Shown one piece after another: positions 21,054 through 31,487 of a DNA stretch of 64,000 bases. Location of the stretch: the NCBI GenBank assembly GCA_005223125.1, contig NJBH01000004.1:32001-96000 (forward strand). Reading direction: 5' to 3'. The first letter of the stretch is position 1, and every line of letters begins with the position of its first letter. The position numbers and the translations under genes are program-made. The notes below the pieces were generated by a model. That model did not search any database and was not told where the DNA came from. It worked only from the letters and a program-made list of their open reading frames with translations. This stretch comes from Promethearchaeota archaeon Loki_b32 (GTDB lineage: Archaea; Asgardarchaeota; Lokiarchaeia; Sigyniarchaeales; SOKP01).

Positions 21054-22037
21054 TTATTTAATCTCAACTAAGATTTTAACAAAATTCCTGCCAGTAGGAT
21101 CTAAAAATCTTTCAAATGTTTTTTGCATGTCTTCTAAGTTAATTACTTCAGAAATGAATTCATCAGCATCGACCATACCTTTAGCAAATAAATCAATTGC
21201 GGCTAGAATATCATCTCGATCATGACCTAAACATCCTTTCAAAGTGACTTCTTTAGAATTTAACATAAATAAAGGAAAGGTTATACTTCCTTTATGAATT
21301 CCTTCTAGTAAAAGGGTTCCACCTTTTTTGATAAAGTTAACCGCATTGGAAATTGTTTCTTCATTTCCTACACAATCGAAAATAAATGTAGGGGCTCCAA
21401 GTTTTTTTATGACCCTTTTTACTTTAGCTCTGCTTGTACCAACAGCATCAGTGGCTCCCAATTCTATAGCTTTTTTCCTTAAAAATTCATTAGGTTCAAC
21501 AACAACTACATAGTTTGGATCTTTTTCGATTAATAATGCTTTGAGAGCGGCTAGTCCAACGTTTCCTCCACCGATAATCAGTATGTTTTCTCCTTTCTCA
21601 ATCTTCGAAAGTTTAAAAGCTCTCATCATTAATGCAAATGTTTCTACCATCACGGCATCTTTAATTGGAACATTTTCTGGTATTGGAAATAGAGAGATCT
21701 TTGGGACTATAACATATTCAGCAAATCCTCCATCTTGAAACATCCCCATTCCTTTTAATTCGCCTTGGCTAACATCAAGTGACACGTTCACACAAATAAC
21801 TCTATCTCCCACATTCACATTAGAAATATTTTCTCCAATTTCCTTTACAATACCCGTTATTTCATGCCCCATTATCAATGGAAAATTATACATCTTCAAG
21901 CGAAAGTTAGTTATATCACTTCCACATATTCCACAATAATGAACTTTAACCAAAGCTTCATCTGGACAGGGAATTGGTTTAGGACAATCTTCTTTATATA
22001 CTATTTTTTGTATATCTTCAATAACAGCAGCTCTAAT
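21054..22037 (-). CDS. Zn-dependent medium-chain alcohol dehydrogenase; probable ATT start at 22037
   Basis: CGICGSD, GHE, GGGNVG; frame extends upstream as (I/M)RAAVIEDIQKIVYKEDCPKP behind a GGAG SD. Confidence 0.85.
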   Translation of the reverse strand: MRAAVIEDIQKIVYKEDCPKPIPCPDEALVKVHYCGICGSDITNFRLKMYNFPLIMGHEITGIVKEIGENISNVNVGDRVICVNVSLDVSQGELKGMGMFQDGGFAEYVIVPKISLFPIPENVPIKDAVMVETFALMMRAFKLSKIEKGENILIIGGGNVGLAALKALLIEKDPNYVVVVEPNEFLRKKAIELGATDAVGTSRAKVKRVIKKLGAPTFIFDCVGNEETISNAVNFIKKGGTLLLEGIHKGSITFPLFMLNSKEVTLKGCLGHDRDDILAAIDLFAKGMVDADEFISEVINLEDMQKTFERFLDPTGRNFVKILVEIK

Positions 22038-22134
22038 AGAATAATCATCTCCTAATCATTCTTATTTTATATCTTTTATTTAAGAATAATATTATAATTT
22101 TTGTAAAATTTAGAATAAAATGAAAAAAAAAGAT

Positions 22135-22884
22135 TTAAATTCCTAATAACGAACTCATACTCTTGGTTATGCTCTCAATTTCATTATCAAATACTTTAAC
22201 TTGATCGAAAAAGATATTGTTAACTTGCAGTAATTGTTTTACAACATATTCAGGTGATTGAGAGATTTGTTTTGCCAGGTTAATTGCCTCGTTTAATACC
22301 TCTCCCTTCTCAACTAATCTATTAATAATATTTAGACGATGTGCTTCTTCAGCAGAGATGAAAGTTTCTCGAGTTCCTGTATTTAAAGTTAATTCTAAAG
22401 CTTTTCCACGCCCAACAAGAGTCATATAAGGAAAAAAAAGTGGACAAGCACCAAATCTTATCTCAGGATGGCCAAAAAGGGACCCTTTTGAAGCAACCCG
22501 AAGATGACAAATAACAGCGAGGTCAAAAGCTCCTGCTAAAGCATAGCCGTTCACAGCAGCTATTAGTAATTTAGGAAACTCAAATATTGTTTGATGAAAT
22601 AGATGATTAGATTCAATAAAATGCTGATAATCCCCCTTTCCTTGAACTATTGCTTGTACCTCATCTCTATCAAACCCAGCAGAAAACAATTCTTCCCCTC
22701 CATAAAAAATCACAGCTTTTATCCTTTTTTCTTCTTTAAGAGTATTTAATGCATCAATAATTTCAGCTCTCATTGCTTCACTTAATGCGTTTTTCTTTTC
22801 TGGACGAGTAAATTTAATAATAGCAATTTTACCTTTTTTTTCAATACTAATAAACTGATAATTATTATCTTCCATTTTTTCCAA
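22135..22884 (-). CDS. enoyl-CoA hydratase/isomerase family
   Basis: RPEKKNAL, FSAGFD, IAAVNGYALAG, FGHPE. Confidence 0.9.
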   Translation of the reverse strand: MEKMEDNNYQFISIEKKGKIAIIKFTRPEKKNALSEAMRAEIIDALNTLKEEKRIKAVIFYGGEELFSAGFDRDEVQAIVQGKGDYQHFIESNHLFHQTIFEFPKLLIAAVNGYALAGAFDLAVICHLRVASKGSLFGHPEIRFGACPLFFPYMTLVGRGKALELTLNTGTRETFISAEEAHRLNIINRLVEKGEVLNEAINLAKQISQSPEYVVKQLLQVNNIFFDQVKVFDNEIESITKSMSSLLGI

Positions 22885-22988
22885 CTTAATTAAAATTTAT
22901 AAAAATTAAGTAATAATTAGATTAAGATATTTAAATTTCTTTTAATTATAAAAAAAAATTCTCTAAAAAAGTAAAAGGAACGAAGAAA

Positions 22989-23615
22989 ATGTTTTCTATA
23001 TGTACCGCATATATTGAAAATGGAAAACTAGATGAAACGTTAAAAGCTTACTCTGAATCAGAAGAAAAATTTACAAAAGAGATTGGTGTTCTCTTTCGAA
23101 AATTCTTTCAATGTAAGATACAACCTCACATTATTTGGTCGATTACCGAATGGGAATCTGAGAAGCATCATAATGATGCGGCTCAGTCAATAATGAAAAT
23201 CAGAAGAGATGATCGCTTTGCTTCTATAGGCTTTGGCCCAGAACCTTATTTTGAAATTTTTTGTAATGAGGATGAGGGATTAAAAGTTGGCAACTTTTTA
23301 GAAAGTTATGAATATATTATTTTAATTCATGGGTTAATTAGTGATAAAGTAAAAGATTCATATGTAAAACTAAGGAAAGAACGAATTGAAGAGTATAAAG
23401 AAAAGCTTCAATGGCTTAGTGTTTTTTATAACACATACAACTCAGATGAGTTTATTATAATTCTTGGATTTAATAATGAGGATTATTTTAGTAAAATTAG
23501 AAAAATAAATGATCTCTATTTAGAAGAATACTTATTTACTGGATTAAGAAACACTCTCGGAATGTCTTTTCTGGCTAATTATAATCAATTTATATGTAGA
23601 CCTATTAAATTTTAA
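22989..23615 (+). CDS. hypothetical, ABM-like dimeric alpha/beta barrel
   Basis: ITEWESEKHH motif in the N-terminal half; two-domain length. Confidence 0.45.
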   Translation: MFSICTAYIENGKLDETLKAYSESEEKFTKEIGVLFRKFFQCKIQPHIIWSITEWESEKHHNDAAQSIMKIRRDDRFASIGFGPEPYFEIFCNEDEGLKVGNFLESYEYIILIHGLISDKVKDSYVKLRKERIEEYKEKLQWLSVFYNTYNSDEFIIILGFNNEDYFSKIRKINDLYLEEYLFTGLRNTLGMSFLANYNQFICRPIKF

Positions 23616-23959
23616 ATTGAAATTATGAGACATCCAACATTTTTTAATTTCTAGGGAAACCTAATTATATAGTTTGGATAAAGTGTTCCTAATTAATTAG
23701 AGAACTTCTTTTTTAAAAAACTCTTAATAATTAAAAGAAAAAGTAATAAAAGAAATTTAATTCAATCACATTTTATAAATAAGGAGGGAAGATTAAACTT
23801 GTTGTTTAAACAAGGGCGAAATCCAATGAGTGATTAATTATGATTCCTTTAGATTAGATTAGTTAAACTAATTTATATATCTAAATGCAATTTTTGCATT
23901 TTATTTTATATAAGTTGAAGGTTTTAATATTTTAGACTTTATCATTCAAATAGGAGAAA

Positions 23960-24766
23960 ATGAATTTAGATCATAAGCAAGTCATCAGATATTCGCGTCA
24001 AATTGTGCTAAAGGAAATTGGAGGAATAGGCCAAAAAAAATTATTAAATTCAAAAATAACATTGGTCGGATTAGGTGCTCTAGGATCTCCGGTTGCATAT
24101 TATTTAGTTGCTGCTGGAATTGGTAATCTAAAAATAATTGATTATGATTCGGTTGAGTTATCGAATATACACAGACAGATTCTCCATTTCACAAAAGATA
24201 TTAACCGAAAGAAAACAGAAAGTGCTATCGAAAAACTTAATCTAGTAAATCCCGATTGTAAAATCGAGGTAATTCCTGAGAAAATTACACCCGAAAATGT
24301 TAAAGATATTCTTAAAAGCTCAGATTTTGTTATAGAAGGTTCTGATAATTTTCCGACTAAAATGTTAATTAATGATGCCTGTGTTTATTTAGAGATCCCA
24401 TTTACAATAGCAGGCGTACTAAGATTTCATGGTCAGATAATGACTATAGTTCCAGAGAAAAAAACTGCTTGTTATAGATGTCTTTTTGGTGATATTACTG
24501 ATGCCCCTACTGGAATGTCATGTTCTGAAGCAGGAGTTATAGGATTAATACCAGGAATTCTTGGATGTATGGAAGCTAATGAAGCTATAAAATGCATTTT
24601 AAATATAGGGGATCTAATAACTAATAAGATTATGTATATAGACCTTTTACGTAATGCCTTTAATTTTATCGACTTGCATAGAGATACAAACTGTTTAGCT
24701 TGCGGTGAAAACTCTATCGATTTGATAGAAAATTATGATTATAGAATTGAGAATGCATGTCAATAG
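23960..24766 (+). CDS. moeB: MoeB/ThiF/UbaA family E1-like adenylyltransferase
   Basis: RYSRQ, GLGALG, SNIHRQ, CYRC, SCSEAG, CLACG. Confidence 0.9.
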   Translation: MNLDHKQVIRYSRQIVLKEIGGIGQKKLLNSKITLVGLGALGSPVAYYLVAAGIGNLKIIDYDSVELSNIHRQILHFTKDINRKKTESAIEKLNLVNPDCKIEVIPEKITPENVKDILKSSDFVIEGSDNFPTKMLINDACVYLEIPFTIAGVLRFHGQIMTIVPEKKTACYRCLFGDITDAPTGMSCSEAGVIGLIPGILGCMEANEAIKCILNIGDLITNKIMYIDLLRNAFNFIDLHRDTNCLACGENSIDLIENYDYRIENACQ

Positions 24767-25026
24767 AAAATTTACTCCATTATAAGAATATGGTAATAAG
24801 AAAAATAGATATTAAAGGTCAACTATGTCCATTGACATTTGTATATACAAAACTTGCCCTTGAAGAATTAAATAAAGATGATTTGTTAGAAGTTGAATTG
24901 GATTTTCTTCCTGCAATTAAGAATATTCCTGAAAATTGTAAACGCCAAGGCTTAGCAGAGTTAGTAGAAGTAAGAGAATTAAACAAAAATAGAGATATTT
25001 ATGAACTTGTATTAAAAAAACTTTAG
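24757..25026 (+). CDS. TusA/SirA family sulfur carrier
   Basis: IDIKGQLCPLT motif. Confidence 0.85.
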   Translation: MSIENLLHYKNMVIRKIDIKGQLCPLTFVYTKLALEELNKDDLLEVELDFLPAIKNIPENCKRQGLAELVEVRELNKNRDIYELVLKKL

Positions 25027-25058
25027 TTTCTTAGATTCATTTTCAAAAAAAAGTAGAA

Positions 25059-25346
25059 TTACCCTCCAGCAATAGCTGGTAGAAAAGAAATTTCATCACC
25101 ATCTTTAATTATGGAGTCCAATCCATCAAATCTACGAATATCCTTTCCATTAATTCCAAGAATAATATACTTGTTTAAAGTACCCATTGAACTAAATATA
25201 TTTTCCTCAAAATTTCTTCCTATCATTGAACTTAATAATACTAATATCTCTCTAATTGTTAAAGGACTGTCAAAAGATAAAGAAATTTCTTCTTTACCCA
25301 CAATATCCGCTAATAAAGATAAGAAAGAAGTTTTTATATTTATCAC
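25059..25346 (-). CDS. MoaD/SAMP ubiquitin-like sulfur carrier
   Basis: C-terminal DGDEISFLPAIAGG. Confidence 0.88.
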   Translation of the reverse strand: MINIKTSFLSLLADIVGKEEISLSFDSPLTIREILVLLSSMIGRNFEENIFSSMGTLNKYIILGINGKDIRRFDGLDSIIKDGDEISFLPAIAGG

Positions 25347-25482
25347 ATTAAAATCCTTTAAAATTTAAATTTCAATTTGATTAGTATATTATTAAATTCA
25401 AAAAAAATATGGCATTTATCTATTTGGATTATAAAATTAAATAATTACTCTATTTTTTGCTTATATTAAAATACTCAATCAA

Positions 25483-26424
25483 GTGATTCTTATTAAAAAA
25501 GATAAATTAAACATCGGGCATCTTTCAACTGCTTATCATACTAATTACGTATTGATGGAATCCGAAGAGTTAACATCAGATTTAAATATCGATATAAATT
25601 GGATTCTGTTCGGAACAGGACCAGCTATGGTTAAAGCATTTAAAGAAGAAAAATTGGAAATAGGATATATGGGTTTACCCCCTGCAATTATAGGAATTGA
25701 TCAAGGGGTTCCAATCAAATGTGTAGCAGGAGGACATGTTGAGGGAACTATTTTGACTGCTAAAAAAGAATATAAAACACAGAAACAATTAGATAATAAT
25801 TTAAAAAAAGTCTTTTCTCAATTTATAGGAAAAGCTATAGGGGTTCCGAGTAAGGGATCTATTCATGATGTTATACTAAATTATTATTTAGAAAAATACA
25901 ATTTATTAGATGAGATTAATGTCAAAAATTATGGACAAGCAGAATTTATTGCTAAGGAAATGAGAGAGGGTATTTTAGAAGCAGGAGTTGGAACTCCAGC
26001 TTTAGCGGTTTTTGCATCAACAATTTTAGAGTCTTATTTAATTATTGAAGCTAAAGATCTATGGTCAGATAATCCTAGCTATGGTATATTTGCCCATAAC
26101 AAACTTGTTCAAACTGAACCTGAATTAGTTCTAAAATTTTTATATCATCATAAATATGCTTCTAGTCTACTTCGTGACTCTCCATTACTAGCCGCTGAGA
26201 AGATCGCTAAAATATTTGATATAATTGATAAAAATTATGCTGAGGCGGTTTTAAAAATATCCCCAAAATACTGTATCTCTCTCTCAGAGGGCTATGTAAA
26301 AGCTACAATGAAATTTGTAAATGTTCTTCATAAATTAGGATATACTAAACAAAAACTTAAATCAAAAGATATTTTTGACTTCCGATTTGTTAATAAAGTA
26401 CATCCAGAAATGGCACACTATTAA
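25483..26424 (+). CDS. NitT/TauT-type ABC substrate-binding protein (no signal peptide evident)
   Basis: FGTGPAMVKAF..IGYMGLPPAI, GVPSKGSIHD. Confidence 0.75.
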   Translation: MILIKKDKLNIGHLSTAYHTNYVLMESEELTSDLNIDINWILFGTGPAMVKAFKEEKLEIGYMGLPPAIIGIDQGVPIKCVAGGHVEGTILTAKKEYKTQKQLDNNLKKVFSQFIGKAIGVPSKGSIHDVILNYYLEKYNLLDEINVKNYGQAEFIAKEMREGILEAGVGTPALAVFASTILESYLIIEAKDLWSDNPSYGIFAHNKLVQTEPELVLKFLYHHKYASSLLRDSPLLAAEKIAKIFDIIDKNYAEAVLKISPKYCISLSEGYVKATMKFVNVLHKLGYTKQKLKSKDIFDFRFVNKVHPEMAHY

Positions 26425-26503
26425 CATAATAGCTTAATCAACTAACAAAGATACAGCAAGGAATTGCGATAAAACGCTCATATTAAATGAAACATTAAAG
26501 ATT

Positions 26504-26947
26504 TTAATGTTTGAGTGGCCCTAATTCTTTAATTTCGTTAGTAAATTCTGTTATTACCTCAGCAAACCTCTTCCCTTCAGAAGCACTCACCCATTCTAAG
26601 CGTACTCGTTTAGGATCTACACCTAATTGTTTAATTAAAATTCTATGTAACCTTTCGAATCTTTCTTGTGTATATTCATTTCCAGTAATATAATGACAAT
26701 CACCTATATGACAGCCACTAACAAGGACTCCATCGGCACCATTCTTTAGAGCTTTTAAAACAAATGAAGGATCTACTCGCCCAGAACACATTACCCTTAT
26801 AATTCTGATATTAGGAGGATATTGAAACCGCGAAACTCCTGCTAGATCTGCTCCAGCATAACTGCACCAATTACAACAAAATACTAAAATGTTGGGTTCA
26901 AATCCCTCTTTTTTTGCTTTCTTTTTTGACTTTGACATGATTATCAC
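26504..26947 (-). CDS. mvhD: MvhD/FlpD [2Fe-2S] subunit (Cys form)
   Basis: [37 protein letters not shown]. Confidence 0.93.
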   Translation of the reverse strand: MIIMSKSKKKAKKEGFEPNILVFCCNWCSYAGADLAGVSRFQYPPNIRIIRVMCSGRVDPSFVLKALKNGADGVLVSGCHIGDCHYITGNEYTQERFERLHRILIKQLGVDPKRVRLEWVSASEGKRFAEVITEFTNEIKELGPLKH

Positions 26948-26954
26948 CTAAGAG

Positions 26955-29900
26955 CTAATTCTTAACTTCCTCCTTTTCTAATAGGTAGGAATCAATCATT
27001 GTAGAAATTTGATCAAAATCATAATGTTTTACCATTATAGCTCCAACGGGGCATGTTGCAGCACACGTTCCACAGCCTTTACATACAGCAGCGTTGATAT
27101 TAGATTTTTTGACTTTAATACTTATATCCTCAAATTCTTTTATTATTTCTATGAGATCTATTGCTTTATAAGGACACACATCTTCACATTTACCACATCC
27201 AATGCATTTTGCTTCTGAAACCTCCGCTACTAATCCAGATGTAGTAATTTTATCTGCGCTTAGAAATCTACTTGCTCTACCAGCAGCACCGTTAGCTTGT
27301 GAAATTGAATCTTGAATATTCTTTGGCCATTGAGCACATCCGCATAAGAAAATTCCATCTGTAGCAAAATCTAAAGGTCTTAATTTAACATGTGCTTCTA
27401 AGAAGAAACCATTTTTATCTAATGGAACTTTGAGCATCATTGCTAATTCTTTTAAGTTATCTGCTGGAATCATAGGCGTGGAAAGTATTACTAGATCCGT
27501 CTCAAATTCAACATTATCTTTTAAATTAGTATCAAATACTTTTATCTGATATTTTTCAAGACTAACTTTTTTCTTTTTTACTTCTGGTAAAATTTCTAAA
27601 TCATATCTTAGAAAAATTGCGTCTTTTCTGCGTTCACGATAATATTCTTCGAATTCTTTTTTAGCCATTTGTAAATCTCTGTAAATTACTACAATTTCTA
27701 ATTCAGGCTTCAATTCTTTTAATACTCTAACATTTTTTATTGAATTCGCGCAACATATATTGGAGCAGTAAGTTATTCCTTCATTTTGTCTAGCATTTAC
27801 ACATAAAATTAATGTTATTCGATTAATCTGATCTAGCCAAGATTTATCCTTATTTTGCAATTTCTGTTCTAACTCCAATTGAGTAATTACATTCTTATTT
27901 TTATCATCATACTCAAAAAGACCTGATGGCTTAAATTCTTGGCCTCCAGTAGCAACTATTATTGTTCCAATTTTTACATCATGGATTTTGTTATTTGAAT
28001 CCTTTATCTCTACATCATAATTTCCAACATAACCTTTAGTATTTTTAATTTCACCATTTAGGAATACTTGAATATTGTTGTTTTTGTCTATTTTCTCTTT
28101 TAATTCACTTAATAATTCTAAGGCATTCTTATGAACTGGATACAAAACATTTAGAAATTTTAGGTTTCCACCTAACTCGCTTTCTTTTTCTACAATAAAA
28201 GTTTTAAATCCTTGATTAGCAATATTTAGCGCTGCGGTCATACCAGAAACGCCCCCACCAATAATTAATGCTGTATGTGTAATGTCAACTTTATCTTCCT
28301 TTTGTGGTTTTAATAATTTTGATTTAGCAACATGCATCCTAATTAAATCTATAGCTTTTTCTGTAGCTGCTTCTTTTTCTGCCATGTGAACCCAGGAACA
28401 TTGATCTCGAATATTTACAAGCTCAAAAAGATATTTATTCAGACCTCCTTCTTGACATGTTTCTTGAAATAATGATTCATGTGTTCTAGGTGTACAAGAT
28501 GCTACGATAAATCTATTTAAATCATATTCAGCAATTAATTCCTTAATTCTGATTTGAGAGTCAGATGAACATGAATATAAATTTGCTTCACAAACCACTA
28601 CATTTGGGAGGTTTTTAACATATTCTACAACTCCAGGGACATCTACATAGTTTCCTATATTAATTCCACAATGACAAACCATTACACCTATTCTTGGTTC
28701 ATCTGTAATTTTAATTTCTTTTTCCGGTACATCAAATACTTTCTCTTTCATTTGAGTATATTTGACGGAGTTTAATAAATCAGCAATTAGTGCTGCTACT
28801 CCACTAGCGTCTGCAACCGTCTCTGGGATATCCATTGGTCCTTGACAAAATCCACATAAGAAAACTCCATTTCTAGAAGACTTAAATTTATCAAAATACG
28901 ATTTTTCTTGGAAAAAATTATACTTATCTAACTCAATTCCTAAAGAGTTTCCTAATTCCTTTACTCCTTTTGACGGAACTAAGGGTGATGCTAAAACAAC
29001 CAAATTAGCACGAAAATCTTTAAATTCACCCGTCTTTAAATCTTCATAATGTATAAGTAAATCTTTAGTTTCGGGATCTTCTTTAATTGTACTTATTTTT
29101 GATTGAAAATATTTTACTCCATATTCTTGTTGCGCTCTTTGTGTGAATTCATAGAAATTTTTACCATACGCACGAATATCATGCCGAAAAACATAACATT
29201 CTGAATTATCCGAATGTTCTTGGGTTATTATTGCTTGTTTTGCCGTATAAGTGCAACAAACGCTGGAACAAAAAGGTACATTTTCATGAAAATCTCTTGA
29301 ACCTGCACATTGAACAAAAGCGATAACCTCAGGTTCTTTAGCATCGCTTAATCTCATGACATGCCCATCAAATGGTCCAGATGCACATAATATCCTTTCA
29401 TATTCAAGAGCACTTACAACATTTTCGTATCTATAACCCCATCTTGAAGATAAGTTTTCAGCAGGCATCTCAAAACCAGTTGCAACCACAACTGCTCCAA
29501 CTTTAATGTCAAATTCTTCAGGTTTCTGTTCAAAATCTATTGCATCAGCAGTACAAACTTTTTTACATACTTGACATACTCCCTTCTTTAAATATAAGCA
29601 CAATTCTGGATCAATTAAGTAGATAGGAGGTACTGCTTGAGGAAAAGGAATATAAACTGATTTTCTTTTACCAATATTCATTTCAAAGGGATTTGGTACC
29701 AATATTTTAGGGCATTTATTAGCACAATCTCCACATCCTTTACATTTTGTTTCATCAACATATCGAGGTTTCTTTAGAATTTTAGCAGTAAAATTACCAG
29801 GTTCACCATCAACTTGAAGAACTTCATGATAAGTCATTAATTCAATATTAGGATTCCGAAAGACTTCAACCATTTTAGGAGCTAAGATACATAAAGAACA

Positions 29901-30056
29901 ATCTAAGGTTGGAAATGTTTTATCCAATTGAGCCATTCTTCCTCCAATTGAAGGTGTTTTTTCTACTAAATAAACTTTAAAGCCTAATTCGGTGAGATCA
30001 AGAGAAATTTGAATTCCTGCTATACCTCCTCCAATTACCAGAACTGAACCTTCCAT
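26955..30056 (-). CDS. hdrA: HdrA-like flavoprotein, long two-FAD-domain form
   Basis: GGGIAG, QLDKTFPTLDCSLC, inserted ferredoxin, CHCGINI, second GGGVSG, EAHVKLRP, C-terminal ferredoxin. Confidence 0.92.
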   Translation of the reverse strand: MEGSVLVIGGGIAGIQISLDLTELGFKVYLVEKTPSIGGRMAQLDKTFPTLDCSLCILAPKMVEVFRNPNIELMTYHEVLQVDGEPGNFTAKILKKPRYVDETKCKGCGDCANKCPKILVPNPFEMNIGKRKSVYIPFPQAVPPIYLIDPELCLYLKKGVCQVCKKVCTADAIDFEQKPEEFDIKVGAVVVATGFEMPAENLSSRWGYRYENVVSALEYERILCASGPFDGHVMRLSDAKEPEVIAFVQCAGSRDFHENVPFCSSVCCTYTAKQAIITQEHSDNSECYVFRHDIRAYGKNFYEFTQRAQQEYGVKYFQSKISTIKEDPETKDLLIHYEDLKTGEFKDFRANLVVLASPLVPSKGVKELGNSLGIELDKYNFFQEKSYFDKFKSSRNGVFLCGFCQGPMDIPETVADASGVAALIADLLNSVKYTQMKEKVFDVPEKEIKITDEPRIGVMVCHCGINIGNYVDVPGVVEYVKNLPNVVVCEANLYSCSSDSQIRIKELIAEYDLNRFIVASCTPRTHESLFQETCQEGGLNKYLFELVNIRDQCSWVHMAEKEAATEKAIDLIRMHVAKSKLLKPQKEDKVDITHTALIIGGGVSGMTAALNIANQGFKTFIVEKESELGGNLKFLNVLYPVHKNALELLSELKEKIDKNNNIQVFLNGEIKNTKGYVGNYDVEIKDSNNKIHDVKIGTIIVATGGQEFKPSGLFEYDDKNKNVITQLELEQKLQNKDKSWLDQINRITLILCVNARQNEGITYCSNICCANSIKNVRVLKELKPELEIVVIYRDLQMAKKEFEEYYRERRKDAIFLRYDLEILPEVKKKKVSLEKYQIKVFDTNLKDNVEFETDLVILSTPMIPADNLKELAMMLKVPLDKNGFFLEAHVKLRPLDFATDGIFLCGCAQWPKNIQDSISQANGAAGRASRFLSADKITTSGLVAEVSEAKCIGCGKCEDVCPYKAIDLIEIIKEFEDISIKVKKSNINAAVCKGCGTCAATCPVGAIMVKHYDFDQISTMIDSYLLEKEEVKN

Positions 30057-31336
30057 TATTTTTCGCTCTCCGCTTTTTGATTAGAATCAACAATAGATAT
30101 TAAATTCACTAAAAATTCAGAAAAATCTACAATTTCTATTGAAGAGATATCCTCATAATCATTTTGTAAACACGTTAAATGTATTTTACATTTTGGGCAT
30201 GAAGTGACCATTATCTCCCCTGCATCTTTTGCTTCTAAAAGCCTTTTATATCGCAATGCTTTTGAACGGTCATTACAATTCATCCAAGAACTCACTCCAC
30301 AACACAAAGCATCAGTTTTATTATGTGTCATTTCATTGAACTCATATCCTAATTTTTTTAAATGGGAAAAGATTTCGCGTACATTTTCTATTATATTACT
30401 ATCTTTAGGTAAAAATCGACTTAGACGACATGGATCATGATAAGTGAATGGAATAGGTTGTTCTTTTTGAGAGGGGTTCTTAAACTCAATCTTATTTGCT
30501 TTCCAATTTTCATAAATATAGTCAATTAAATGTTTAACAACAAATTTTTTATTAAAATCTTCAAAAATGTTTTGATAATCTACTTTAAATGTCCTATAAC
30601 ATTCAGCACAGGCAGTAATGATTGTTTTAACTCCAGTTTCTTCAATTCTTTTAATATTTCTCTTTGCCAAATTGATAAATTCTTTGAGTTTTCCTTGACC
30701 CCAATATAGGTCATGTCCACAACAGATTTCATCTTGAAGAACTACTATTGGTTCTTTTTCAATCTGATACAGTATTTTTAATGTGCTTTCTGCTATAGAA
30801 TCTGAATTTTCAAACTCAAAATTAAAATAGGGTAAGCACCCAACATAATACATAATATTTCCTTGTTTTGAAATTTCACATCCCTTAGGAACCCATTCAA
30901 GAGATCTTTCTGGATTTATATGAGATTCACTCATTATTTCTGAAATAGTGGTATATACACCCTTATGAGCAACATAATCATCTGGGTTTTGACCATAGGA
31001 TTCTCGCATTTTATATTTAGCCATTCTTACAATATCTGCGAAATTTATTCCCTCTGGGCAATTTTGAAGACATGTATTACATGTTAAACAATCCCATAAT
31101 ACCCCACTCTCAATAATTTTATCTTCAAAACCCTCTAATATCATTTGGATTATCCTACTAGGTTCAAAAGTTTGAACCTTACTAAGTTGACAGACACCAC
31201 TACAACGAACACATTGATAACATCGATATAATAATTTCTTTATATCTGGTTCATAAATTTTTTCAAGATAAGAATCGATATCATCCTTGAGTTCTTTTGA
31301 ATCATCTGTTTTTGCAGTTTCAGTAATATTTTTCAC
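30056..31336 (-). CDS. HdrD-like Fe-S oxidoreductase (4Fe-4S dicluster + CCG domains)
   Basis: CYQCVRCSGVC, CLTCNTCLQNCP, ICCG, YHDPCRL, LCCG, SCPKC. Confidence 0.88.
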   Translation of the reverse strand: MKNITETAKTDDSKELKDDIDSYLEKIYEPDIKKLLYRCYQCVRCSGVCQLSKVQTFEPSRIIQMILEGFEDKIIESGVLWDCLTCNTCLQNCPEGINFADIVRMAKYKMRESYGQNPDDYVAHKGVYTTISEIMSESHINPERSLEWVPKGCEISKQGNIMYYVGCLPYFNFEFENSDSIAESTLKILYQIEKEPIVVLQDEICCGHDLYWGQGKLKEFINLAKRNIKRIEETGVKTIITACAECYRTFKVDYQNIFEDFNKKFVVKHLIDYIYENWKANKIEFKNPSQKEQPIPFTYHDPCRLSRFLPKDSNIIENVREIFSHLKKLGYEFNEMTHNKTDALCCGVSSWMNCNDRSKALRYKRLLEAKDAGEIMVTSCPKCKIHLTCLQNDYEDISSIEIVDFSEFLVNLISIVDSNQKAESEK

Positions 31337-31487
31337 TTTATTTGATTAATGCAAATTTTAATAATTTGAGCCAATAATGATTTAAAAAAAAAAGGAAATA
31401 ATTTATCTTTTCTGATTAGGTTTCATAATTCAATTGTCAAATGAGAAATTATAGATATGATAACGTTAGATTCTTTTTAATTTAAGT

